A stretch of DNA of 64,000 nt from Amphiscolops sp. MND2022. Taxonomy: Eukaryota. Shown here piece after piece: positions 48,230 through 60,250 of the stretch. Made by a program: the position numbers and the translations under genes. The stretch's first letter is position 1. Each line of letters starts with the position of its first letter. Location: the NCBI GenBank assembly GCA_964187785.1, contig OZ076414.1, positions 12,090,001-12,154,000 on the forward strand, written 5' to 3'. The notes under the pieces are model-generated. The model did no database searches and was not told where the DNA came from. It saw only the letters and a program-made list of their open reading frames with translations.

Positions 48230-50900
48230 CATTGAGTTGTTTAGAAATCCCTTTGTCTGAAGAAATTCGTGTTGCTGAAAAGCTTTGTTGTAAATTTCTA
48301 GTTTCTGTTTATACACAACAGAATGAACGACAAATCTCTTCGTGCCGGAGCCAGCCTGCTTCACCTGGGGCAGTTGAGGGCGTTTCGGATGGCGGCATTT
48401 GCAAGTTTAGAGTTTTGGGGTGAATTCTCTGACAGCGGCGTAATGTTGTAAAATGACGTTGTTGGCAACAGCATCGGATGGGAGAAGAGTCAGGATGAAG
48501 TCGTTAGATGATCATATTTCAAAGGTGTAGAAAACATAGATGGGCGGCAAAGTAGAAGAGAACGAAGCTGCAACAAGAGTGGAAGATGTAGAACATGGCT
48601 GCTTGGATGCTGACGAAGCTATCATCTGATTGATGAGAGAGTAAGCCGTGTGGAGTCAGGATAAACGTTTGAAGGAAGAATTGACATGATGAGATTGGGA
48701 ACGATGTTCAAGATGTTCAACGGTGATTCCTAAGACACAATTATGGTGAAGTTCGGTTTTTTGTAGAGATTTGTGTCAAGTGCTTGTGTTTAATTTTGTG
48801 ATGGAGTTTTTTTGAAAGAAGCAGCAAACGAAATGTTTTGATGTGAAAGTTTGAGGAGGCTTCAAGAGTTTTGATTGGAAGGAAAGAGGCAGTATTGCTT
48901 CACGAGAAGTAGCGGAAAGAAAGGATTATTGAAATTCTGCGATGGAGAGTGATTCTGAAAGTCAATTTGTCAGAAGAGTTGTACTTGCAGTTTTTGTATG
49001 CATTTGTATGGTGGTTTGTTTAAGTGTATTCAGTGCAAAACAGCGTGATTGAGTTTCGAAGTTTAAAAACAACAATTTTTTGCTGCGAAACATAGGATTT
49101 ATACTCAGATCCAATGATTTAAATAATTAAAGCTCAAATTTCGGTCAAAAACAACCTGGTATTTCATGTCCTAAAAATGTTGTGATTGTGAATTCACTTT
49201 AATGGATGAATTTTTATGGATGAATTTTCAATGTGACGGCAAAAACAATCTAGTGATTCACACAAATCCATAGCGGGTAAACTCAGAGAAATTAAACGTG
49301 AAATGAAACAAACTCGGTTAGAAGTATAGGGAACACCTTTTTGATGAAAAGGCGTAATTGCTCATTTGGAAAAAAGGTGAATGATAATAGAAGTTTAGAA
49401 CAATTTGAAACGTTACCAAGTGATGTCTTTTGTAAGGAAAGCGATTGAATTCGGGATGATATTGATGAACAAAGAACTTTGTACTGGAAAGTGTCAAAAG
49501 AAAAGTTAACAGAGGAGTTTTGAGAGATGTCAATTAATACGTGCCAGTATTGAACAATAGGAGGATAGATAAAATTAGCATTTTGAGAGGTTATGGGATT
49601 AGTGAAAGATTTTGATGAATAGACAGAGTGGAGTCCTAAAGAGAAAAGAATGTTTTTAAAAAAAACACTTGGCAGCGAATGTTTCAAGAACTGGAGCGGA
49701 GAATTGAAAGAGGAGAAGTAGTGAAAGATAAAAATGTTAAGAGGAACTGGCAAATGAAGAAGTAGTTTCGAGAAGAAAACTGTTCACGTTTATAGTAGAC
49801 AAAGTGAGAGCGTGATTATCATTATTGCGGAGTTGAAGGAGATGCTAGAGAGTACGAAAAGTATAAAGAATATGGTTGATAATTCCAAAGGCATCAGTAA
49901 TAGGGTCAAGTTCTACATAAGGACGGAGAAGGTTGAGAATTTCCATGACGAATTTATCAGTAGGGCAGAAATGCGTTAGTAGAGACTTAAGGAGTCACAG
50001 TTGGTAGTACGTATGAAGAGGAAGGTGGTTGAAGAAAAGTTGGAGGAGGAACATGAGTAATTTCCAGAGCTGTGGAAGATGGAGGGATTAATTGAGGCAA
50101 GGCCTGGTTTATTTCTTCAAAAATTTTAGTAGTGGGAGGAAAATATTCATTTTGGTAATGGAGGAAAATTCTCGGATAAAAACTCTTTTAGCGAGTAATG
50201 TTTATGTACAAGAGAAGTGTATTGAGAACGAGGGTGACCATCAGCAAATGTTTTGACGAGTTTACTCATTTTCGGAACAAAATTAAGAAGACTAGTAGGA
50301 ATCTGAGTGGGAAGTAAAAAATCATCATTTGAATTAGGAGTTTTTTGTGGAAGAAAAAGAGGACGAGTACGATCATGATAGCGGCCAAGTATATGGTTTT
50401 GTTTAACAGTGTCAAAATTGCGAAGTATGCCAAGGTGTAGAGGAGGTTTAAGAGGTAGTGAAAGTTGTAGGCGAAAACCAAAGTGGAGTTGTTTGGATGT
50501 TAAAGTTTTGAGGATGTTTCTGTTGGAGGAAAATTGATCGATTTTATGATGGAGTGTTTTTACAGAAGGAGATGTAGTGATGCCATTTGGGTTTTTATTA
50601 AGGTCATCTTGAGTCGGTTTTGAAACCTCAAATTGGAATTGGAAGGAGCGTGTTCGTTAAGTTTGGCAAAATGATAGTTCAAATTACTTAGATGCAAATG
50701 CTACATAGTGATCAAAGTTACAGTTTTCGGAAATGCGGAATTTACAGGCAGTAGAAATCATAAAAAAAGAAAGAATATATTTCGAGGATGTTGTATTTTT
50801 CTTTTGAGGAACATCGTATTTATCTATAGTGACTTGAAGGTTAGTAGGTGGAGGAGAAGGAGAATGATCAGTTTTAGGCTTGAAGATAGAGGTTGAGCAG
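48230..50900 (-). pseudogene. Post-env accessory ORF-X, decayed
   Basis: Long stop-poor frames (…VKQNHILGRYHDRTRPLFLPQKTP…CPTDKFVMEILNLLRPYVELDP…) collinear with 9950-12850. Confidence 0.6.
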
Positions 50901-52150
50901 TGTGCATTTTAAAACCTTCTTTATATGTGATAAAGAGTTCCGGGTTTTGAGTAGTATATAAAGGTAAGGGTTTGTAACATAAAAAGTCACATTCAGAGAA
51001 ATATTCAAAACGCTAAGACGAGATTGAAATTCAGAGTCGCGAAAAGGTGTTTCAGCAGAAGAACTTTAGAATTATTGTTATTTCCGAAGTGTTCAGTTCC
51101 GATCCAATAGCGAATATTGGGTTACGACATACGTCCAATAAAGGAGTGGGTTGCAAAAAAACATGGGTCTTCATTGAACCAAACATGGGTGGAAGGTGCT
51201 AAAATTGTTCGTTCACCCAAACCATCATGGTGGGGGCAAGGCAAGGTATATCCATGATTTTTTATTTGTTGTCTTGTGAATTCATCTGTCATATGTTGTT
51301 GTCTCTGTCATCATATGTGAATTCGACTTCTTTGACAATCAATGACCAACTGTTGTTATCAATTATATATTCAAAGCAGTCCCAACAGCTTTTTTCTTAG
51401 AGTTTATTTTAAAACAAGTTGAAATTTGGTGATCCAGGCAAAAGCGACATAAGGGTAGGTGTTAAGGTTAGTTACACGAAAAGGAGGTCGTTTAGTTTCA
51501 AGGGGGCGTTTTTTGAAAATCATCAGAAAGGTGAAAGAACTATTTTTCTCAAAAGCATCAATTGAGGATTATGAGTACCATTGAAGTAACGAACAGCATG
51601 TTTACATTCTATAGGATCTAGAGTACGATGACTTCCCATAGTGTTTTGATGAAAATCAGTACGATCATGACGACGATATTTGTAATCGGATAATGCACAA
51701 TCGCAATTATCGCGTTTAACAAATGCTTCGCAGGTCCAAGTTTTACGACGTTTAGCTTTCAAAGTTAGCACGGACAAAGACATTAGCGAAAACACGGGTG
51801 CTTTCGATAGAAGCGGGGTGCTTGAGCACACGGCTGACCTTGGGTGGAGTTGAATTGACGGAGAATGTTTTGATTTGAACAATCATAATGAGAAACAAAA
51901 AGGTCAGGAGTGTGTGAATTGCTAGGTTCAACTAAGTCTGAACAAGAAATTGGATTGGTAGCAGTGAATAGGTGGGAGAGCGGAAGAGAATATGGATGAC
52001 AATTCAATTGTTGAGATGGCATATGTAGAAGAGTAAAATTGCGCAGTTGTTTTGATTATGCGAGGGTTTTGAGATATGTTAAATCATTGTGGAGCAGGCA
52101 AAATGGATAGTGATCGCTAGCAAAACGATTCAAAGTAGTGGCAATAAAAG
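50900..52150 (-). pseudogene. env: env N-terminal half (class III-like), truncated
   Basis: FVSHYDCSNQNILRQFN...C...WTCEAFVKRDNCDC...TLDPIECKHAVRYFNGT; continues to LFITYKEGFKMHTAQP at ~50905. Confidence 0.82.
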
Positions 52151-53617
52151 GAGATGGTAGAGATTTAAATTTGACAGTAATATGAGAAGGAAATGAATGT
52201 GGGTCTAAATTATGGAATTCAGCAGTTTTTTTTCTCGAATTTACATTGAATATTTGTATTATCCAAGTGGTGAAATTCTTTACGACGACGTCCGTCTGAG
52301 ATGTGAGCTTTAGAATTTAAATTATGAGTGGCTAGATATAGGAATGTACGGTCTTTGCATTTGCGAGCATGAGAATCAAGTGAGTCCTTGACGAATAACG
52401 GGTAATCAACCCGATTAGGTGTAGGAGCATTTAGATCTTGAATGGTTAAGTTTTAGAAGATGGCTATCAGAGGAAACGAAACTAGAATTTCAAAAAGTTA
52501 CCTCAGAAAATAGATACCTGTAGTGTTGAAGGAAGAAATTGAAGATGGTTGGGAAAAAGCAATATCTACTTCATAGGTTTGGATTTTTTCTAGGGACGAG
52601 AGAGTCTCCGATGAGAGTAATCGAGCTTGAGATCCTAACAAAGAAGAATTAGTACTGTCTAAACGAAGGGTTGCGGTTAGAATGAAGGTTTTACCTTCGA
52701 CGTAAAGGTCGTCGAATGGTAATTTCAGATGGTGTATCTGAAAAATTTTCTGAAAAAGAGGTTGTTTGTTTAAAAGCGGAATATCTCGGAGGGTGACGAG
52801 AAAAAAGTCAAGAAAATATGGTGAAACATACGTCCCTTAAGAGTTTTTTTCACTGCGTGTATCAAGGGGTTCAATGGCAGAAATAGTTAATGGTTTGGGT
52901 TTGAAGTTGGTAATATTTTTTTAATGTTTCCTAAAAGGACTGGATGAAAATCACAGAGATCAGGAATAAGAGGTTGAGGAGGAGGTGCTGAATGAGTTGG
53001 TGTCAAAAGGAATTAGGTCAAAGTCTGCACCAGAAAGAGGAATTGTTAAAATTTTTGGGGATTGATATTAATAGCTGTTTTAGGAGTATGTCGAGCATGA
53101 TTTGTTGGAGTAGTGTCTAAAGAAGGAGTTGCAGGTATGGGATATAAAGGTTGGCGATGTAAAACTAAAGAAGGGATTTGAGAAAAATTATTGGTGTCTG
53201 TGGAACAGAAAAGGAACTAGATAACTAGATGAGTTGGTGCCTGTTCTAGAGCCACTTGAGTTAGTAACAGGAGAATCCATGATGGAGATGCAATAGTAGT
53301 AAGATAATACTGTTTTAGGGTTGAAAAGGGAATGAGCATTCAACTTGTATCCGGATGACTAAGATATAGTGGTCATCTATCGGTATACATATGAAGATTG
53401 ACCTTGTTCCATTTGCCAACTGAGCAGTCAGAACTCTACGACAAAATGAATGAGACATTTGAATGGACTAGACAGTCAATTAATGTCTACAGTTGGAATA
53501 AAGTTATATGGTGTAATTTAAATAACGGTGAAAAGGTAAGTTAATAGAAGAGGAAGAAAGATTTACATAGTTTTTTCAGGACATCGTAATCCGAGTCAAA
53601 TCAGTCAGAAGTAGTAT

Positions 53618-54723
53618 CTAAGAGGTCATTGGTAAAATCAGAATCAGGGAGGCTGTGATAACAAAAAGGTGGCGGTGGAACGTTTTGATATTGTGCAATA
53701 GTTTAATTGATATTTTGATAAGATCTTGAAGTATCAGGGTTGTTAGGGGTAGAATGATATTAGCGAATATATTGAAAAAACCCAGGTAGTTTGGGGTAAT
53801 AAGGTAAAATATGATCACAGTGGGTGTAAAATGAAGAATCATTTTGCGCAGAAACTCATAGGTGACATCCGAAAGATGTTGAATAATTGTATATGGGCCA
53901 CTACGGAGAGGCTCGAGTTCATTAGCGAAGTTGACAGCTTTAAAACTTGCGTGAAAGTCAAACGTATTGAGGGGAAGGTGTTTCACATGAGTAGTTTCAA
54001 GGTGGAGGTTTGAGAAATTAATTTATTAGTTTTTTGACGATGTACAGTAGAGTATATCTAACATTGCTTGCTGAGCTGATAAAAGCCAATGAGAAATGGG
54101 GTTATTGATGTGAGCATTGAAAAAAATTGAGCTCAATATCACTATATTGTGTGTGGGGTGGAAGAGAATCACAGTAAGTGGCAATACAATCTTTGGAAGT
54201 AATACGTAATAAATTGAGAGAAAAGGTTACTGGAATACGTGGGTGTTTATGGAAAACATTTTGATATGGAGAAAACTTAAGGTGCAAAACAGAGTTTTGT
54301 TTTGAGCGTAAAGTACATTTGAGTTTGAAATGGTCATTGAGTAGGGGATTCTGCAGAAATATGCGTAAATGAGCTCCAAGGTTTCGATGTTGACCTTCGA
54401 CTAAACCATTTGTCCCTTTGGAATATGGAGTAGGTGGGTCTGATTAATATTTCGAAAAGAACATAGATGAGCCATATCCTTAAAAATGTATACAGTAGCA
54501 CGAACAGTTACCAAATATTGTGGGGGCCCAATTTTGTAATCCAATGATATGATTTTTTCCGTGAAGAAGACGAAATAGCGTTTTTCATGTCGATGAAGTT
54601 TCTATTAAAGGAATATGAATCAGTCTCATAAATTGGTAATGGCGGTGAAATATTTATTGTTTCAACAAGAAAATGTTTCTTGGTTTGGCATTCAACACAA
54701 TCGTGAATGAAATGGATGTTCAA
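53618..54723 (-). pseudogene. pol: Integrase of copy A4 (internally deleted)
   Basis: IHDCVECQTKK finger, ITKLGPH, and LEPLRSGPYTIIQHLSDVTYE (GPY/F). Confidence 0.85.
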
Positions 54724-54899
54724 AAACTCCCCAAGGGCCCTATTTCACATTTTTCAGCACTAAGCGTCTCATCAAAAATTCCAAAAAGGCTTATCCTTTC
54801 TAACAAGTGAAAGTGCTTCAAGTTGAGCATTATATGCATGTTTTCAGGAGTGAAATTGTTTTTTTTTAAAAATTGCCAGGAGGAAAACCAATCATTTTA

Positions 54900-56496
54900 T
54901 AGACTTGCAAGAGAACAACAAAGGGAGGTAGGATGTTGAGAAGGGGGTGGGTTAGGAGGGTGCGTAGAAAGAGGTAGTGGAAGAGGATTAGCAGTCAAAG
55001 GCCGAGGAAAGAATGGATGTGGAAAGTTATGAAAACTTAGGCGGAGTGATGCTAAGGATCACAAAAAGCGGTAGTGGGATTGGAGGTGGATGACGAAAAA
55101 TTCGAAGGTGGGTTATGAGAGATACTTTAGAGTTTATTTTGTAGGTATAGAAAAATTGGAGGTTGTGGTTGGATGGTAATGATGTTATGTTGAAAAAAGG
55201 AAGGTGGAGGCAGTGATTCTAAGTTTAAAGTTAGATTATCAATAGCATGTGTTTATACTAGAACATTAGAGGAAGGGTTGTTTATAAAGAAACATCAGAG
55301 GTGGTGTCCGAAGACGGAGATTGAGGAACATGTTTTGTATAGGGTCGCACAGGAGGGGGAAGCTAAAGACTTTTGTTGAAATTATGAGTGTGAAAATTGA
55401 GAATAGTTAAATGAGCAACAGGAAAAACAAGGGGAATATAGAAGTGAGAGTGGCTGTTTGACGAGTTGCGTTGAAAGGGAGAAGTTTTTCAGTAAACATT
55501 GCCAAGGGAAATTAAGACAATCATCTTGGAATTTAGTATCCCCAACGATTTGGTAGTTGTGTCTGGAACGATTGCGCAGAAAAGAGAGTAAATTTTAAAT
55601 TTTATAAAGTATTCAAAATGAGAATTTGAAAGAATTGAAATTGAAAATAATGAATCTTAAATGGCGTGGAGGCAATGATCATGATTATTGTCAATAGTGC
55701 GAAATTGCTCAATTCCAGAAATGTCGAAAAAAGGGAGGTTCTTCTTGAAGAAAAGTTGTTTAGCGGATGGGATAAAATCATGTTCAGGCAAGAGATTGTC
55801 TTTATCTTAGAGGTTTTTGAGGAGGGAAGTAAAAACTTGAGCGATGAGGTTATGGAGATTTGTCGGGCTGATATTTTTTCGAAAAGAGCCAGTAGAATTA
55901 AGGGGAGAAATGAAAGGAATTGAAAAGAGTGAAACATAGAATTGTAAATGAGGTTATTTGAAGCTTTAGTAGGAAGTTGAACAGTTTATTGTAAAAGACG
56001 TTGATCACAGTCATTGAGAGCAAAGAGAAGTGGAATGAGAGGAGGGAGTTTTTGGACATTAAAATTGGCGATAAAGATTGAACATCAACCAGAGTATGTC
56101 AGAAGGACTATCAGGATGTGAGGATGGTGTAATAGGAGGAGGGTAAAAGTTATGATGGAGTTTATAGATTATGTACTGACAATGAAAAAGTAGTTGTGGA
56201 TAAAAATACGTTACGGAGAGGAGAAGGAGAATTAGTTCGGCGATAGAGAGATGGAATAGCAACGATGAAGTGATTAGAAAGGAAGAAGAGTTTTGGGTAA
56301 AATGAGTGTAAGATGAAATATTAACAACAAGAATGAGGTGGAAATAAAACGGAACGGTTCGATGTGATAGAAAGTTTAGAGATAATGGGGAAAGAGTACT
56401 AATGAATTGGGGAAGCAACAATTTTTTCAATGGGGTGGCAAGATTTTCAGTTAGGAGTTTTAAGGCGTTAGAAAAATTATCGTGGAATGAAATCAA
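54900..56496 (-). pseudogene. gag: gag of copy A4 (decayed, P-rich C-terminus)
   Basis: Lies after the leader and before integrase; partial similarity to A2 gag; frameshifted. Confidence 0.6.
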
Positions 56497-56599
56497 TCAT
56501 GAATCAATTGACGACGAATGAAACGATCGCAAACAGTCCAACAACATACAACAGAATTAGAAAATTTCAAGAGAAATCGTTTCAAGGAGATATTAAATT

Positions 56600-56900
56600 G
56601 TAGAAAATGAGATGTTAATATTGTACCAACGAAGTTGTTGAACCAAAATTCAATGATTAGTACAGAAGAAGGATTTGTGCAGACATCGAGGTTGAATCAC
56701 TTGTGACATCGATTAGTACACAACAAGGGTTTGTACCAGCAAAAACGCTGAATCAAGCGTGGTGATAAGTACAGAAGAAATTGTACCGCCAAGAAGTCGC
56801 CTATATCTCTGAATTGTGATCAGTACTGAAAGAACTTGGGTTGCACCAACAAAATGCCGATTCACTGTAGTTGCGATTAGTACAAGAGGAAGAGAGGAAC
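56600..56900 (-). repeat. Degenerate ~55-60-bp repeats in the 5' leader of A4
   Basis: Recurring GAT(T/A/C)AGTAC followed by TTGTACC/TTGCACC about five times between the PBS and gag. Confidence 0.6.
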
Positions 56901-56935
56901 AGATGATCGGAAAGAATTGGAGAATGTTCGCACCA

Positions 56936-57251
56936 GTTAAAGTACTTATTGTTTGGTTAGTACTTATTTTATCTCAGATTGGAATGATCTTATAAAAATT
57001 AGTTAGAGTTGTTCACGTTTTGTAAAGAGACGCTAACAGAGCTGCAGTGTTAGGTTGATATATAGTTGCCAAGTAGAACGTTTATTTCTGTTGTGTTGGA
57101 ATTTTAAATCAAAAGTACTTTACACACATAAAACATACGGTGAACACAAATGAGTGTATTTCAAAATTCAAAGCAGTCCGTACATATGAGGCTTGGTATT
57201 CAGACAATGGGCTGGGAATGATTAAGAAGGTATTACCTCTTAGGTACATCA
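56936..57251 (-). repeat. 5' LTR of copy A4
   Basis: Direct repeat of 46841-47151; its end (...ACTTTAAC) abuts the TGGTGCG PBS-like motif. Confidence 0.8.
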
Positions 57252-58400
57252 AAAAGAAAATAATCAGTTACTTGATTGAAAATTGAAAAAAAGTGAAAAC
57301 GGAGCCATTACGGGAAAGTAATCAGGAGAAGAAAAAAATTCATTCAGCTGGTTCTATGCTCTTGTTAAGTTGACGCGTTACCCGTTGATGCATAATCCAA
57401 TCGAAATTAGTACTCCAATGCTGATTTCAAATGGAGTGTTGTGCCGCATATAACTTCCGTTGTTATTAATCGAACTCCTTCAAAAAATTACATAAGAAGT
57501 TTTCACTAATTTCAGGCGAAATTGTTCTCACATCTTTCTTACTCGATTGAGATCTCAATTAGTTCGTCTTCCTGCCAATAAATATTGAGAAATTTCTTTT
57601 AAAAAATTCTTTTAAAAAAAACGTTGCAGTGTTTACAACGATGATTCAACGAATAATTTTGATTCAGGGCAATACAATCGTTTTTCCGTCAGTACAATTA
57701 TACAGTTCTAACCATCTTTGGTTCGCCCTTTTTCGGTACACTCTTCTCGTGTACTAACCAACTAAATTTTAGTTCAACATTTTTGTTGGTACAGCTTCTA
57801 ACAAACTTTAGTCTATACATCTATTATCTTTCGACAATCTTGAAGCCTTCGTGAAATAATTCAGTTCGTATTTTTTTGGCCTCTTTGCAGTTGTTGACTT
57901 TTCGTCGACAAATTCATGCTTGACTTCGTCCCTTGGTAGTTTACCCTGTATCCAATCTAACGTTTCTAACTGAAAACATGGCTACAAGTATCTTTTTTGT
58001 CTCTTATGTTTTTGCGATGCCTGTTTTTTAATTGGTTAAGTGCAATTAGTTGCTTTTCTATTACATAACCTCATTCTCTTATTCTAAGACTTCCAGATTA
58101 TTTCAAACTTCTCTCTAATCTTTCGTTTACACCCTCTCCTATTCTTTTTTCATCTCTCCACCCCTTTGTCGCATTCTACTAACTTATCAATATAATCATT
58201 ATCACTCCTTTTTTCAGGCTTCTTTTACTCTCGAACCCTAATCCAGTGATAGCACTCTCAAAAAAATTAATCCTAACATTGTTTTTCAATTGTCTTTTCA
58301 ATAGTCTAACTTCAATCTCATGCCCTATTCCATTGTCAAGTCTTTTTCCTTAAAATCCATCATAATCTTCATTCCTCTTCTACTACACCAACTATTTATC

Positions 58401-58600
58401 NNNNNNNNNNNNNNNNNNNNNNNNNNNNNNNNNNNNNNNNNNNNNNNNNNNNNNNNNNNNNNNNNNNNNNNNNNNNNNNNNNNNNNNNNNNNNNNNNNNN
58501 NNNNNNNNNNNNNNNNNNNNNNNNNNNNNNNNNNNNNNNNNNNNNNNNNNNNNNNNNNNNNNNNNNNNNNNNNNNNNNNNNNNNNNNNNNNNNNNNNNNN
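58401..58600. other. Assembly gap (200 N)
   Basis: Run of 200 N. Confidence 1.
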
Positions 58601-59800
58601 TGGTTGAGAAGTGTGAAAAGGCCCATATATATATGAAAAAAGTGAACTAAAGGTGTAATATTTATCAAGTATTTCAAAAAGCGGTAGTATTATAGTTGTA
58701 AGCATAAGGGTTTTGAGGGTTTTATACGGAGTAAAGTACAATATATGTTAAAATTTGGGTATGAAAGGTACTAAAAATCTGTTAAAGAAATGAGCAAGAC
58801 CAGCAAGAAGTCCAAAACAGAACCAGAAACATATAAAAAAAATTTACTATATCTTCAGCGGAAGGCATTTACATATGTGTCAATAGTTATGGTGTATGTC
58901 TAGTGTATGAGATATTCTGTATACTATTTAGAGTTTTTGAATAGTGTTTGAATGGAATTTTTGTATAATATTTTTGTATCGTCTTTGGATATCCGTGAGA
59001 CTGTTAAAGAAGTGTTTGAATGTGGTTGTAATAGAGGGTGTAGAGGAAGAAGTTTGAAATAAAAAAAAATCAAATGATCGGAGAAATTTTGGTTTGTATT
59101 ATAGGTGTGGATAGCACTTTAGAGAAACCAACACGTCTGCGTTTGGAACGAGAAGAAGACCAACACGAAAGAAGACGAACACTGAGGTAGTGGTCGAAAC
59201 GGAAAAGATATTACCAACACGTATCTTCGGAGGTGGTTGAAACGGAGAAAGTTATATACTAACACAAATCACACTGTGGTGGTTTAACGGAGAAATTTAA
59301 CTGACAGGAATCACGTTTGTTGACGCAGTCACAACCATACCAACACGAATCAATTTTCAAAGAAACTTGTTTGAAACGTTGAGTTAATTTATGTAGATGA
59401 TGCCAAGTTGAGAAGAGACGGTGTGTCGAACAACGAGATATCTGATGAAAAAGTTGAGAAAAGATGTACAAGAGGAGTGAATTTGTGGTACCAGTGGGGG
59501 AGAGAAATTTCGTGATCGCACCAATTGAGCTGTTAAAGACTTGTTGTATGTTTAGTTTCAGTTCTTTTGAAAAACACATGAGAAGCCGAGAAGTCTGAAC
59601 AGACTATCGTCTATTTAGCAAGCTAGTTCTATTTCCAAGTTCTCTGAGATCTCAGTTAGGTCTTTGTAGTTTCTCTGAGTGGAAAACTATTCAAGAGATC
59701 AGAATCCATTTTCTCTTTCTTCTGAGTATATAACATCAGCAATTCTATTGATGATTACAGGGATAAGATATAATTCTAACTATTCTAACGTGCGGCGATT
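58601..59800 (-). mobile_element. Family A copy A5: 5' LTR (~59800-59524), PBS-like TGGTGCG (59523-59517), leader and start of gag, cut by the gap
   Basis: LTR end TTTAACAGCTCAAT is shared with 7357; ILPLFEILDKYY matches A2 gag LFPLFHILDTY. Confidence 0.7.
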
Positions 59801-59979
59801 CTAACGGAGATGCATGATACAAAAGTTTGATAACGAACATTTTACTTGAGCTATGGGGAGTTCAAACCCAGCGCAGAATCGAACTTTTGGAAAATTCACG
59901 AAGTTAGGCAAGTTCAGAAGTTTACCTCGTTGAATTTGTTGTGACACTCTACGACTTTTCTGAATAAGATTTTAAAAAA

Positions 59980-60250
59980 TTTCTGTAAGGAAAAACTTTT
60001 TCCCCAAAGGGACACCCATTTTCATTTTTCGGCAGTGTCTTCTTTTCTGAAGTGTTTTTTCTTCCATCAATGAGTCCCCCTTTCGGGCTTTCGCAATTTG
60101 CAGTAAAGGAAACCCTTTTGGAGTGCTTAAGGTCCCTTTTGATTCTTTCGGCACTTTGCAATTCGAGCGAATTTTTCCAAAAAACTTCCACAATCGAAAT
60201 AAAAAAAACTTTAAAGACCTAATAAAGGCAACTTTGGACACTTCCCAGCT
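59980..60250 (-). repeat. Diverged fragment related to the central repeats of the HINE at 13788-14795
   Basis: GTGCCGAAA...AGGGACC, CTGCCGAAAAA and CCCTTTGGGGAAAAA motifs shared with 14320-14600. Confidence 0.55.

Larger units (their letters stand above)
46841..57251 (-). mobile_element. Ty3/Gypsy env-bearing family A, copy A4 with two diverged LTRs (PR-RT-RH missing, env truncated)
   Basis: LTR-like direct repeats at 46841-47151 and 56936-57251; PBS-like TGGTGCG at 56935-56929; gag, integrase, tail, env and ORF-X in order. Confidence 0.85.

Noticed and set aside
54724-54900. Segment between gag and integrase in A4, possibly an inverted pol piece
   Set aside because: No RT/RH motif on either strand; may be an unrelated repeat filler, but it could not be assigned.
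56600-56900. Regularly spaced repeats superficially like a CRISPR array
   Set aside because: Degenerate units inside a retrotransposon leader in a eukaryotic context; no constant repeat/unique spacer pattern and no cas genes.
57260-58400. Purine-rich minus-strand stretch that looks like decayed coding sequence (possible Polinton or viral fragment)
   Set aside because: All frames are heavily interrupted and no recognisable motif was found; left unassigned.
58320-58741. ORFs containing long X runs
   Set aside because: They span the 200-N assembly gap.
59845-59895. tRNA B-box-like motifs (GGAGTTCAAACCC; GTTCGATTC on the minus strand)
   Set aside because: No A-box, cloverleaf or SINE tail; insufficient for a tRNA or SINE call.
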